Below, in pieces: positions 13,957-27,122 of a stretch of 64,000 nt of DNA. How positions within the stretch are numbered: position 1 is the first letter of the stretch; each line of letters starts with the position of its first letter. This stretch comes from Ramazzottius varieornatus (lineage: Eukaryota; Animalia; Tardigrada): NCBI GenBank assembly GCA_001949185.1, contig BDGG01000002.1, positions 6,624,448-6,688,447 of the forward strand, read 5' to 3'. A model generated the notes under the pieces. The model did not search any database, was not told the DNA's origin, and saw only the letters and a program-made list of their open reading frames with translations. Both the position numbers and the translations under genes were made by a program.

Positions 13957-15753
13957 TGGAAGGATTCCGTGGGTCGTTATGATCGACAGAACTCCGGATC
14001 GTTAAGTGAACTTCACCGGTCAAAATACCATGAAATGTTTCCCATATATACGCCAGTAGTTGTTCTCCAGCACGTATGTACATTAGCCGCGTACTGGCGC
14101 ACGGATTACTGTACTGTACGTTTGCTACGTTTGTTCGACCTCAAACTGGGGCATTCAGCATTGAGTACTCGCGTATTTCTGTTTGCTGCGGTACGGCATG
14201 CAAATAAATCCGAAATAAAAGCTCATGGGTGATTCTTTACGATGGACAGGAAGCCAAAAAAACGATCGGTAGCAAGGAGGAAACTTTGGTTTATCGTCAA
14301 CGTGTGCTTGTTTGACATTGGTGATTTGCAAAGTGAAAAAGTTCCAAAGCATTGCAATGTTATATTGTCCGTACTATATACACCTATTCTTCTCAAACTG
14401 GTTAGTCGTACCTTGAACGGCATGGACCAGATTGAATGGTGGCAAATGTGGTCTATCTTCAAATCTGATATCGCGATATCGCCAAGTGACTGCCAGAACA
14501 ATATATACGGCCAGACTATGGAGTCACGTGTAAAACAATCAGACTATTAAACTCGGAAACACTACGAGGGTGGTAACTTTTAACGAAGAATCGCTTCTGC
14601 ACCAAGCTCGTGATAATTTGCAGTGGCAGATAGTGTGGTGCGGGCTACTGGAGGTCCAAGTACCCGTAATTCAAAACTGGAAAGAAAAAGAACACTAACT
14701 TGGATGAGCAGCCACGAGCTCTGCTGGACCGGCATTCCTATGCGGAGCTTGCAGTGCTTAGTTTAAGAAGGTTACTTATTCGCAGATAGAATTCACAATG
14801 ATAATTTGCGGTAAAATCCGTGCATTTGAGTGCTCGCGTGGCGGGCATCTTCCCTAAATTTTTCGCGGCCTCCCGAAGTTCCTTGGGTCATCACTTTCAA
14901 ATGTGCACGCGGCCTGCTATGATTGGCTCGTACGGTAGCACTTCAAACGCAAGAAAATGCTCAGTTGCGCCACAAGGACCGGTACAGCCTGGACCGCTTG
15001 GTCGGCATGCCGTCAGAACTGACTGACTGCTCGCCATAAGAGCGCTTGCCCATGGTAATACCAAGGCTTCGTCCAAATGGGGTACTGTGAACAATAAAGC
15101 AGACGAGGTAATCTCCGTTCAAAATCGAACGAATGAACTGTTCTCAGTCAGACATTAGGCTCAATGGCAGCCCCTGCCGTTCATTCTCAAGAAAGAGGAT
15201 GATGCTGCATCATAAAGAGCAGAATTTCATCTGGATATCTTGTGCTACTCTTCACCCTCAAGGACTATCACCTTCAATACTGCTCCTACTTGGACGACGC
15301 TGTAGATCCCAGCTGTGATACTCGACTACTGAAACCGGAGGAGGAATCTCCTGATAGTTTACGGTGAGTGATCCATGGGCTGTTGGTGAGCGAATCGCTC
15401 CTCCTGGCATCCCATAACGTTAACCCGGTGGAGAGTTGTATGCATGTGTATGTCTCCATCGGTATGGAGTGCGTTAATTAGCACGTGTGTGGCTGCTTCT
15501 GGGATGTTGTTCTTGCTCCGCTGTTGGGCCATCGATTTTGTCTCGCTGCTACGTTTCTTACCCGCAGCCAAGCCTTTCTTATGATACCCATGTGTTGACT
15601 GTTGGAAAACATAACTGTTTTTGAACTGCATTACGCTTACTGTTTGCGATGTATCATATGCTGTAACTCCTCGACTTTTCTTGTGCTTTCAGAAAATAAT
15701 CTGGCGAAAGGTTAACCCTTCGTCTGCTGTTGGACCTTACATATACTCCCTGA

Positions 15754-16674
<921 letters not shown>

Positions 16675-17197
16675 TGACGTACAGTTAGTCCGACATGTTC
16701 TTCATTGTTAAGCCGGTCCCTTGCGATATCAGACTGACACTAGTCCTCAAGGGACGATCACCTTCACTGTACTTGATCAATCCTCGCGCTACATGGTTGA
16801 TGTTCTGTTCTTTTTATATGTTTCTGTACTAGCTCCCCTTCGACTGATTTGAGACCGAAATATGGCTGTGTGGTCGGAATTGCTCCTTGACAGCAGCCTA
16901 ATGAACGGCGCCGTCAAGGCGATGTCCTTACTATGACATTTTCAGCTATTCCTACTTGAATTTTACTTCATAGCTATTTAAACTTTCGTGTTCTACGATG
17001 ATTTGCCCATTTGCTGCTGGTTTTGTAATGATCAACAAACGATCCGTCTTCTGTTCATTGTATGTTACGGAACTAACGAAGAGGTTCGAACTCGTGGTGA
17101 AATCAATAATGTATAGATCGGTACAAAATGTATACAAGAGGTTCAGGATAAGTAATCTGTGTATCGGGCCATGACGGACAGATAGGTTCCCCGTAGA

Positions 17198-19879
17198 TCA
17201 TTCTACGAAGTTTTCGTTGACGATGCCACCGGAAATGGTTTGTACAGGGCGATTGGTGGCCGGTCCGGGAGTATGGTAGTGAGAAAGCCGGGAAGGTAAG
17301 GCACCAGACTGAAAGCAGAAAGCGAGGGAGTTGAGATATTTTGGGTTCCGTTCCGTATCTCCGTGACCAAATGCTCAATTCAGATAACCCTAAACAGTAG
17401 TGAACATGTGTGGGACTTACCGGTGCTGGTTCTTGTGTTAGGTCCAGCGGTCTTCTGGTTTCCGGGAGCTGGCCTCGATCAAAAGCCTCTTCGTCGTTCA
17501 CGGCGAACTCCATTCTCTGTCTGTCAGTCTCTCGAACCGTACTAGATTCTCGCCGACCGTTCAGTCCCGGAGTCAACGATCTCAGCGGATAATCTGGGTT
17601 GTAAAAGTAGCCAGTCAACTTTGCGCTGTTCCTCATGGGGTGCGGGCGTGCCGCCGCATAATCCGGATGCTAAAATCCATAGACAGGAATACACTGTAGA
17701 GTGGCCATTGTACTTTACTCATCACAGTACTGAAAAGATAGGTGAGTTTACACGCACTTTTCTCGTTGTCTCGGTCGCCAAGAACTCCGGGATCTGCCGC
17801 GGCGAGTATCTGCCTTTTCTATTTCTTCGGCGAAGATGTAAAAGGCAGTGCGCCAGCAAGATCAGCAGCGTGATGATAAGAAGTACCGTTATAGCCACGA
17901 GCCAACCGTAGACCGCCGGACTCCCAACATACATCTGGGTGTCGGTATTCGTACTGGTAACGCTTGTTGTATTGGTACTAAGGAACCCGGCCGGAAGTGG
18001 ATCAGGATTTGAGGACAATGTTGTCGATGGAAGGGCGGTCGAAAGTACTTCCTGAATGGTCGATCCATTGTCAATTAGGAAAGAGGTCGTTATTTGCCTG
18101 GGTTCTAGAAATAAGGTGGCTTGGTTTGCTGGAGTGACGGCAATTTCATTCATTAGAGACATGGCTGTAGTTTCCAGTGTTGAAGTAGTGATCATCAGGG
18201 ACGAAGCTGTCCTTTCTACAATATATAGTAAAGGCTTTTGAAAAAAGCATTGGAAAGCAAACAGAGATATCACTCATATCAGGGACTCTTACGGGTGCAG
18301 CCTTCCGGTCGGTTCTGCTGGAGGTCAACGAAGCCGTCGAGACAAACATCGCATTTTACTCCGGTGACGAACCTTTTGCATCTACATGCTCCAGTGCGGA
18401 TATCACATCCAGGAAGTGAACCAGCGGGGTTACAGTCGCATGGGGCGCAGAGATGGCCAAGAAGGAACAACCCCTCTGTGCACTTAGAACATGTCGGTTC
18501 CGTGAAGCCTGTCCGACACAAGCAAGATCCGCTTTCGTTGTTACAAAGACCTTCTCGAGAACCAAGCTCGTCGCACCGACAAGGCAAACATCCCGCGGAG
18601 GCATTAAAAAATCCGGGCGCACACGAGCTGCATTTTGGTCCACGGAAGTTTGATTTGCATAAGCAGTTGCCTTGTGCATTACATGTTTGATTAGCCGATC
18701 CAGCAATATTACAGCGACAGTCGTTACATGTCGAACTGTTGGACGATCGATAGAAACCAACGGCGCACCTGCGAAAAAAATGTGGATGTTTGTAGTAATA
18801 ACCAGGTAAAGCCATTTCTTTGCGAAGATCTTTACAAAGAGGAGTCTGAAGATGTCCGGTCACTTAAAACACCCCGTCTGGAGAAAACTTACCGTCCGTA
18901 AACACCGATGTCCGCAATTCCATAAACGTCAACAGAACTGGAAGTACCGGCTTGTGGATAGGGAAGTAAATGCCCAGCAATGACCAAACGCAGTCCGGTT
19001 ACTCCTTGCCCAGGTCGTTCATCCAGCGTGGTATTCGGATAATCCAGTAAAACATTCCATACTAGCGAACTAACGACTGTCAGTCTTCGGCTCGACCTAT
19101 AAAAATACCGGTGAATAACGTTGACCTGCGTGGTTTAAACCTGTCGACCAACTGAGAAAATAATATACGAATAAGCTGTAGTGACAAATTAGCCGAGGAA
19201 TTTCTGCGAGCTCACCAGGGTAAAGGACTGCAAACGGTTTCTTGCTGTACGGGATTCGGGAGCCGCAGTACCGGACTCAGGCCGAAAGTGCCAAAGCAGT
19301 CTACCGCGAAGATCCGCCAGTTGATCCACTCTTGCGCACCGGTCGTGTTTTCTCCGAATCTTTGAATCACTATGGATGTTGGAGGATTTCCGCTGAAAGC
19401 TATTCGGATGTAGTACACCTGAAGAAAGGGATTTGTTACTATCGATAGCACATACTGAATAATTGAACAGCACAAAAGCTCAAAAACCATATCTTTCCTG
19501 GTCGTTCTCTTACCGTGTACGATCCGATCAAATCTGCTGTTACTTCCAGGGACGTGTTGAGATTTTGAGTTATAAAAACTGTGGCTAAGTTGTCATCTGA
19601 TATGGCAGAAATGTTACTATTTTGAGCAAGGCACGAACGAGGTAAGCAGTTGATCCCGGGCGCTCGTGTTTCGCCATACACGTCCGGCACGCAAAAGGCT
19701 GGACTTTCGAACTGGTCATCGCACACCGACCCGGAAGGACGTAATGAGATGGGTTTTCTCGCCAAGATATTCCACATTGCTGGTGGCAGACTTTGACGTG
19801 GCTCGTTGTAGTAATAATTTTGCCCTCTGACAACCGCTGTCAAAAGTTCGAAAACAAAGAGTCCCAAGTGGCTTTTCAT
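17198..19879 (-). CDS. Type I membrane protein: signal peptide, laminin N-terminal (LN) domain, about 3 laminin-EGF modules, Ser/Thr-rich stalk, TM helix, cytoplasmic tail
   Basis: Signal MKSHLGLFVFELLTAVVRG; LN motifs WINWRIFAVDC and YGIADIGVYGR|C; LE repeats such as CRCDELGS..C.C..GFT...C; TM GWLVAITVLLIITLLILLAHCLL. The last exon is inferred from acceptor phase. Confidence 0.8.
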
Positions 19880-20372
19880 CCTCTCCGTAACACCAATCAT
19901 AAACCTCATAAAGCATCCTGATGAATAATCCTCGAAAGACAAGGCCTATAGCATCTGACAAGCGCGATGCGCAGGAACTTCGATGACTTTCCGGGAAACT
20001 CCAAGATGGAGACGTCCTATTGCCCTCGATGGACTGGGCATTTATACTGCTATACTTACTCGTGGTCGTTCAATCTAGCATGGACGAAAGGTAACAGATG
20101 TGTGCCTGCCGGCTTTAATTTTGCTATCGAATACAGGATCAATAATTTCTCAACACATCGATTAGGCAAAGACGACTCTTCCCGGCAAGGTCCCGCATAA
20201 CCGGGCCGGGAAATCGATTGACTGATCCAACTCCTGTATTCACCAGGTCGTTGATCACTACCTGCATAATCCAAAATTAAATTTATCGATAGATTTTGAG
20301 AAAATTGACCGACCTCATTAAAAAATTCGTGCTGGGATCACTATTCTTTGGGTAGTAGCGCCATGATGCTGT

Positions 20373-20978
20373 TCACTTCAGCATGTTCAGTGAGACGAGC
20401 GGGTTCGCTGCGAAATTTGGACTCGGCTGAAGTGCGGCGTTTCCGTTTGGGACTTCTTTGTTGGAATTGTCTTTGTCGGTATCGGCAAACATAGCAGAAT
20501 GTTTGAGCTTTCCGTAGAGCGACATAATCCGAGGAAGCATCGACATCATATCCAGGTTTTGCCGCCGGTCGCGGTCGTTGAACATTGTCATGACTTCGCC
20601 AATCTCGTCGAACAGTTCGGCTTCTTTGGGAGTTACCGGTGACATTCCGCCTTCCATCCGTTGAAGGTTCCGTTTGCGGTACTTCCGTAACATGACGGAC
20701 GCTTTAGCTATCAGCTTCAGTATCCAGTCAGTACTGAACAGACGCGTCTTGCCTTCTCCTCCACATCCAGGTTCTGGCTGTTGGGCGTCCCACAGCGAAG
20801 GTTGGGGTAAGGCTGGAGATTGCTTGGTCCATAGTACTTTCAGCGCAGGAAACGCTGTGAACCACAGAATAAATAGGAAGTTAAACAAGATTAGAAAAAC
20901 TATCAAGGCCAACTGCAGCGTGTTTTGCGAAGGTTTCCGTGTTCTAATGGCGAACCGTCGAAATGTTCCCATTGTCAA
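20373..20978 (-). CDS. Uncharacterised single-exon predicted type II membrane protein (201 aa)
   Basis: Uninterrupted ORF with a basic N-terminus, hydrophobic segment LALIVFLILFNFLFILWFTAF and a helical-looking C-terminal part; no family recognised. Confidence 0.55.
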   Translation of the reverse strand: MTMGTFRRFAIRTRKPSQNTLQLALIVFLILFNFLFILWFTAFPALKVLWTKQSPALPQPSLWDAQQPEPGCGGEGKTRLFSTDWILKLIAKASVMLRKYRKRNLQRMEGGMSPVTPKEAELFDEIGEVMTMFNDRDRRQNLDMMSMLPRIMSLYGKLKHSAMFADTDKDNSNKEVPNGNAALQPSPNFAANPLVSLNMLK

Positions 20979-21506
20979 TCCGCTAGCAGCAGAAATGTTC
21001 CCCGTTAGACCAAGGACGAATCAGGTATGCTTTTGCTAAGCTGAAGTCATTAGCGTAGTTTCTTGCTTACTTCTACCAGGTCAATGTCTGGAGAGTGTCC
21101 ATGACGAGCACACCGAAGCGGATGCTAGGTTAAGCGAACCATGAAACGTGACGGTTACTCCTAAACGGAAAACGGCGACAACAGGCGTAACTGGTGCGCT
21201 GTATACTTTAATGAGCGTAAACGACCCACAAAGAAAACTGCAGTCCGTGTGCAGGAAGATACAAGGAAACTAAGGACGTGGGAATACGTCGAACTGGTCT
21301 TCTAAGACTGAATGTAGCAGGATACAGCTTAAGGTCCGAAAACGGAAGAAGTACCATCGTAATGCTACGCAAAATGGCTTTAACAGCGTACTAAAACAAC
21401 CAAATTCGTTTACCTTCACTGCGAACTATAGCTCAAACAGGCCAGGCCCAACAATCGATAAGTTAAAACAATGGGAATATGGTTTCGGTAGTAGTTCACT
21501 GGCTGA

Positions 21507-22460
21507 TCTAAACCAGGAACGGTAGGATGGCGTAGCGATCGCGAGGATACTTTCCCTTGAAGGTCTTCACATACCACTCTTGATGAGTGATTGCTCGGGG
21601 AACCTACAACACAGAAACAGCTAAACAGAGTGAGCCGAAAAGGAACTGTTGAAACAGAAATGCCTACCAGGTTGGAGAAGGTGAAAACGGCGAAAGCAAG
21701 CGCCTGAAGTTGGTAAGCGGCTAAAGCGAAGCCGAACCACTCGAGGAGCTCTCCGAAGTAGTTGGCGCTGGTGATGTACTCGAACAGCCCTCCGTAGGGA
21801 ATTTGGTAGTGATGTTCGGATCCCTCTTGTCGCAAGTTCCTTAGGATATGGTCCGACTGAATGTTGATAAACATACCAAAGAGGAAGATGGCGACTCCGG
21901 CGATGAAGTATGGGTGGTGAATGTTTGGTGCTGCGCCACGGAACTTCAGGATGGCTCGAGCTTGCATGTAGCCATTGTACGTGCAAAAGATGAACGCTAG
22001 GAGGAAGGGAACCAGCGGAGTCTTCTTACCGCCCCGAATCATGGTCGAGTAAATGAACGTTCGCTGGAAGTAGTGAATCCCAAAGAGAGCCATCAGGATT
22101 TTCGACTCTGGAAGACACAACGCAATCTTTGATATACAGCCTCTTATAACGATTCAGATAAATCAACATACCTATGGGAACATAGCCACTGTTCATACGA
22201 ATGTACACGAACAAGGGCACGAAGAACGAGGGACATTCCTGGATGAACCAGGCGACGTTAGAGGGGATGAGTGGCCCGAAAGCATTACTGGCGTAGCGTC
22301 CATAAGGCGCCGGTATGGCTTGGAGAGTGACGTAGGTGACCACCGCGGTAGCGATCATGACGAGGGCCATCACGTCAAGAAGAGGAGCCTCAGCGTTCGT
22401 TCCCCAAATCTGGTACAGTCTTGCCAGCGTGATGTTGCGGAAATCCAAATGCGGTCCCAT
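21507..22460 (-). CDS. 3-oxo-5-alpha-steroid 4-dehydrogenase (SRD5A/DET2 family), paralogue a, 3 exons
   Basis: APYGRY, AWFIQECPS, HYFQRT, NIQSDHILRNLR, YQIPYGGLFEYITSANYFGELLEW, NL|VPRA, YPRDRYAILPFLV*. Confidence 0.93.
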
Positions 22461-23601
22461 CTTGGCGAATGAGTTCTGTGACTTCTCTTCACAGTGTCCA
22501 GTACGGTAAATCCGCTTGCCACTTCAGAGAAGCAAAACTCAGTTCGAGAGTCATTCGCGTCGTAGATACAAGACGTCATCCGCTACAGCTCGACAAGAAG
22601 AATCTCTGAATGAATTTTCTAGCAGAGATGCCTGTGACTGTGGGGAGTCAGGGCTCAGGGTAGAGGTGCAGCTGGAATAATTTTCTGGATGAAGAGGCCA
22701 GGACTGAGGAGGAAACGAGACCAGAGTTCCCTCCTTGTTCACCCAGGGAATGGTGGGGATTTCGTGACTTGTCAGGGGACCCCTCATACTGAGAGCGCAT
22801 GGCTCCACTTCAACCGCCTCTGTGTCGTTTGGCCCAATCACCCTGGGGGACCTAGGTGACCCCGCACTGATTTTTAATCTGAGTCAAAGCGGAAATTATC
22901 GCAAAAATAATTATGATTCATCTTCATGAATCTTCTGCTGTGTCGGAATCTCCTACGAGGCTATGACTTTGATAGTTTGAACCCATTACGATAGCGAAGA
23001 GACTCCGGACATCGAAGACAGGATATCGGGATAGGTACTGGGACATGCTGGATACTTGATTCACGACACTGCGCGACTCGGGTACCTACGGATCAAACCT
23101 CTGTCTGGCATCGAGATTACTGAGCGTCCTCCTACCTGGTAAGAATACATTTGTCAGATGACAGAGTATCCTCACTTCTTTCTCATCAGGCAGCGACTCG
23201 GGTGATGTTATGGCGTTTCGCGGAAATGTTTTTGTTCAAGAAACCCGCGTTGGCCTGTGAATGAGACCATCACGTCCCATTTCGTATAAAGAGTGGACTG
23301 TTGCCCTCATTGAAATATCCGTTACATAGCCTCTCCTTGTAGGTGCAACCGAACTTCGAAACGACCATCGGACAGACGACGCAAGGGAAACTATAGAAGA
23401 GGAGTAAATTTTAAAGGTTCTCAAGGAACACTGCTGTAAGTTGACTTGATATGGGAGGTTAACTATGTTGTGTTGCCTTGTGAGTTATGCCTGTATAATA
23501 TACGCACAACAGTGGCGTGCGTTGTGGAAATCCGACTGCAGTGTCTAGAAGCTAGTGGGCAAGAAACTGCTGCTAATAAGCTTGTTCTCTTCTAGATCAT
23601 C

Positions 23602-25120
23602 ATGTCGGGCAACGCCATCGCGAAAGCCATTGATTTGGTGACGAAAGCGACGGAAGAAGACAAGAAGAAGAACTACACCGAAGCGCTGCGTCTCTACCAG
23701 CACGGCGTAGAGTACTTTCTCCATGCTATCAAGTACGAAACAAACGGTGACAAAGCCAAAGAGTCGATCCGAACGAAATGCACTGAGTACCTTGAACGAG
23801 CCGAGAAGCTGAAAGAGTTTCTGAAGAAGGATACCAAGAAGAAGGCTGTACCTGCTGGTGGAAACGACGTCAAGAACGACAAGAAGGACGACGATTCAGA
23901 TGATGACGACGATAACGAGCTGAAAAAGCTGACAAAGCCCTTAGAAGGAAAGGTCCTGTTGGAAAAGCCTAACATTAAGTGGGACGATGTGGCTGGACTG
24001 GAACAAGCCAAGGAATCGCTGAAGGAAGCTGTCATTCTACCCATCAAGTTCCCGCATCTCTTCACGGGTAAACGTACACCATGGAAAGGTATTCTTCTCT
24101 TCGGACCACCAGGAACAGGAAAGTCGTACTTGGCCAAAGCTGTAGCGTCAGAAGCGAACAATTCAGCCTTCATATCGGTTTCTAGCTCGGACTTGGTCAG
24201 TAAATGGTTAGGCGAGTCTGAAAAGCTCGTCAAGGGACTGTTTGACTTGGCTAGGGCGAAGAAACCGGCCATCATCTTCATCGACGAGATCGACTCTTTG
24301 TGCAGCACCAGAAGCGATAACGAGTCAGAGTCTGCTCGACGGATAAAGACAGAGTTTCTGGTGCAGATGCAGGGTGTGGGCAACAACACGGAAGGCGTTC
24401 TGGTGTTAGGCACGTAGTACTTCCGGTCCTCTTTTGGTCCAAACATAATAGGGAGCTCGGTCAACTAATTCGATTTCCCCCAAGTGGCGCACCTTTCCGA
24501 TGACCTTGGCTGGAAGTGTGCGTCACTTGGGAGAGTAATCTGGCAGAGTTTGTTAACCGAGCTCGCGATTATCAATGAACATAAGTATATATGATTGCTG
24601 TTGTTCTTCAGGTGCGACGAACATACCATGGGTTCTGGACGCCGCTATTCGTCGACGTTTCGAGAAGCGTATCTACATTCCTCTGCCCGATGAACGAGCC
24701 AGAACAGCCATCTTCAAGCTGAACATGGGTAACACTAAACACACGCTGTCAGAAACTGACTTCGTCCATTTGGCCGCTATGACAAATAACTATTCCGGTG
24801 CCGACATTAGTATCATTTGTCGTGATGCTTTGATGCAGCCTGTTCGTAAAGTACAGACAGCCACACATTTCAAGAAGGTGAAGGGACCTTCGCCCACAGA
24901 TGCTAACAAGGTTGTGGATCTATATTCACCGTGCAGTCCAGGTGAACGAGGTGCCATTGAGATGAACTTTCTGGACGTTCCTGGCGACCAACTGCTGGAA
25001 CCCCACATTACCATGAATGATATGCTAAGGTCGGTACAGTGTACCAAGCCCGCAGTGACGGAAAGCGACTTGAAGAAGCTGGAAGAATTTACGGCAGAAT
25101 ACGGACAGGAAGGGTCATAG
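23602..25120 (+). CDS. VPS4: ESCRT AAA-ATPase VPS4 (2 coding exons, GC-AG intron 24410-24611)
   Basis: MIT domain, Walker A GPPGTGKS, Walker [14 protein letters not shown]|[20 protein letters not shown]-terminal [11 protein letters not shown]. Confidence 0.97.
24451..24565. repeat. Family A copy (VPS4 GC-AG intron)
   Basis: GAGCTCGG...CCAAGTGGCGCA-27-TGCGTCACTTGG...CCGAGCTC. Confidence 0.88.
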
Positions 25121-25723
25121 ACTGGTTTTGCCTCTTCACTTTCGAATCCATGATGAAGATATGTCATCACTGTTTTTTAACCGTTATTTGTTCAGTATCT
25201 TCAGTGCCAGCTCCTCTTCTTCGCATAGAATCCTGCTTTTTTATCATTGTGATAGCAATGTTGAGCTCGCGTATGAAGTGACCCTGAAGTACTGGATATT
25301 CTGGAATGATTTTCTTTTTATCTTCGGTTTAGTATGCGACAACCTGTCATCTCCAATTGTCTATAGCTTGTCACTACACGTATCTTCCACATCTTAAATC
25401 TGTGCTCTTGATTTACAAGTAAGAGTATATAATTACGCAAAATATCTCGGCCATTCTCCAGTTTGCATGAACGCAGCACTCGATAAGTCTTTTAAATGAT
25501 TGCCATGAACAGCCGGCCAGTATGGAACCAGCCACTCAATCCGAGAGAAGCTTAACATCAGTAATATTAAAGCAGTAAAATTTGACAACCGAGGTACAAA
25601 GAAAAGCAAGTTAAAAAGCACGAGTTCCGATTACGTCGTCAAAAAAGAATGTCGAATTTTCGAAGAGACGGAATATTCATGCGACACGTCAGGGACTTCG
25701 GACTTCCGGCGCCGTTTGAATTT

Positions 25724-26296
25724 TCAACTGCGCGAGTATTTGCCCCAGATGTGAAGAAGGAAAACCATTGCGATAAATCCCAGGCTCATCACGAGGACTG
25801 GAACGGGTCCGCTGCAAAGAAAACGAATTGCTCCACATGCACAAGGCATTTCAGATGACCGGAGACCACTCACACACGGAACAACGAGCAAACTTACACT
25901 TTGATACCAGGTGCGTCGTCAGAGTAAAATCGCCACATACCACTTGCTGCTCCTCCACCAACGCTGCGTGTTGTTCTGGCAGTGGTAGAAGTGGTTCCGG
26001 TTTTCCTGTAAACGAAGTCACGAACAGTACGAAAAGATGCTGAGCGGCGAAGTGAACGCTAATACAGAACGGTAGAAACAACGAACTCCACGCTTAAGGA
26101 TCACAATCACATCATTACTAACCTCGCGGCAGCAGCACCTCCTGCTCCCTTAGTTCCAGCCGGACGAGCTGTTCCACGCGGAGAAGCTCCCACCGTAGTC
26201 GAGCTCGCTGGTTTCACCTGGAGACGGAAACAGTATACCGGGTACCGCTCATATAAGACGGATGCGCAGTGCGTCAAGTTTGGTACTTACGGCCAT
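25724..26296 (-). CDS. SEC61B: Translocon subunit Sec61 beta (4 coding exons, the first only 6 nt; absent from the ORF track)
   Basis: Manual splice: MA|[15 protein letters not shown]...AAAR|[35 protein letters not shown]|[28 protein letters not shown]. Confidence 0.95.
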
Positions 26297-26735
26297 TGTT
26301 CGCGAACAAATCCGTCACCGGCAGGTAAAGAAATCACCTGCAAACAGAAAAAGTATTGCAACTGCAGCAGTGATGAATTTCCTTCCGTGATCACGTCCGA
26401 TGCTCGCATCGTAGATAAGGAACAGTCGACTAAATTAACTATGATCTATACTACCTGATGCTCACGAGCGTCCGGAAGAACTATCCTACTGCCTCCGATT
26501 TGGACAGAATATACAACTTCTCCTGCAGACGCCAAAAGTATTCTTTCCAGGCTAGGCTCCTCCAGCAGATGAGATTCCCACAAGCACAGATGTTCGCTAG
26601 GAGTCACAGAAGAAGATGAACGACAGCTTGGAAACAAAAAGTTTTCCTCTGTGTGATGGCCAGTACTTCCGCCTCAGTGCCTATCGTTGATTGAAGGACT
26701 GAAGCTCAAGAAAATAATCGCGTGGCAGGTTGCTA

Positions 26736-26779
26736 TGATTGGCTAACCACACCCATGCGTTCACATCCGTAGCCAATCA
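26736..26779. promoter_or_regulatory. Inverted pair of CCAAT (NF-Y type) boxes in the divergent SEC61B / SRD5A-b intergenic region
   Basis: TGATTGGCT at 26736-26744 and AGCCAATCA at 26771-26779 between head-to-head genes. Confidence 0.4.
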
Positions 26780-27122
26780 AAAGTCTGTTTAAAATAATTC
26801 ACTTCTTACTTTTTCGGTCTGGGCGAGTAAAAAAGGTCACACTCGTTCCCTGCGGTGTCTTAATGGGCCAACTCACAATATTCGCTGGGAATTTCCGCTT
26901 GCAACGCCCAGTTTCCGAGCCGTTCTCGGGCGAAAATTCGAGATTGTTGATTCTTTGAACAAAGAGAACATACAAAATTGCAAAGGCCCAGGATCTTCGA
27001 AGTTGCCTATGAAGACCGAGAGATTCTTATAATCCTCTTCTAGAAACGCATGCTGACTGCAGCGCCCACGCGACAGCTACATTGAAACGTGCTGAAGACT
27101 GATCAACTTGACAATCCGTACC

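Noticed and set aside
22551-22841. 96-aa ORF upstream of SRD5A-a
   Set aside because: No ATG at the ORF start, no recognisable motifs, and no in-frame join to the reductase
23694-24464. 256-aa antisense ORF over VPS4, and similar antisense ORFs over SMAD4, ALDH1L and the Cys-rich gene
   Set aside because: Shadow ORFs caused by codon bias on the coding strand
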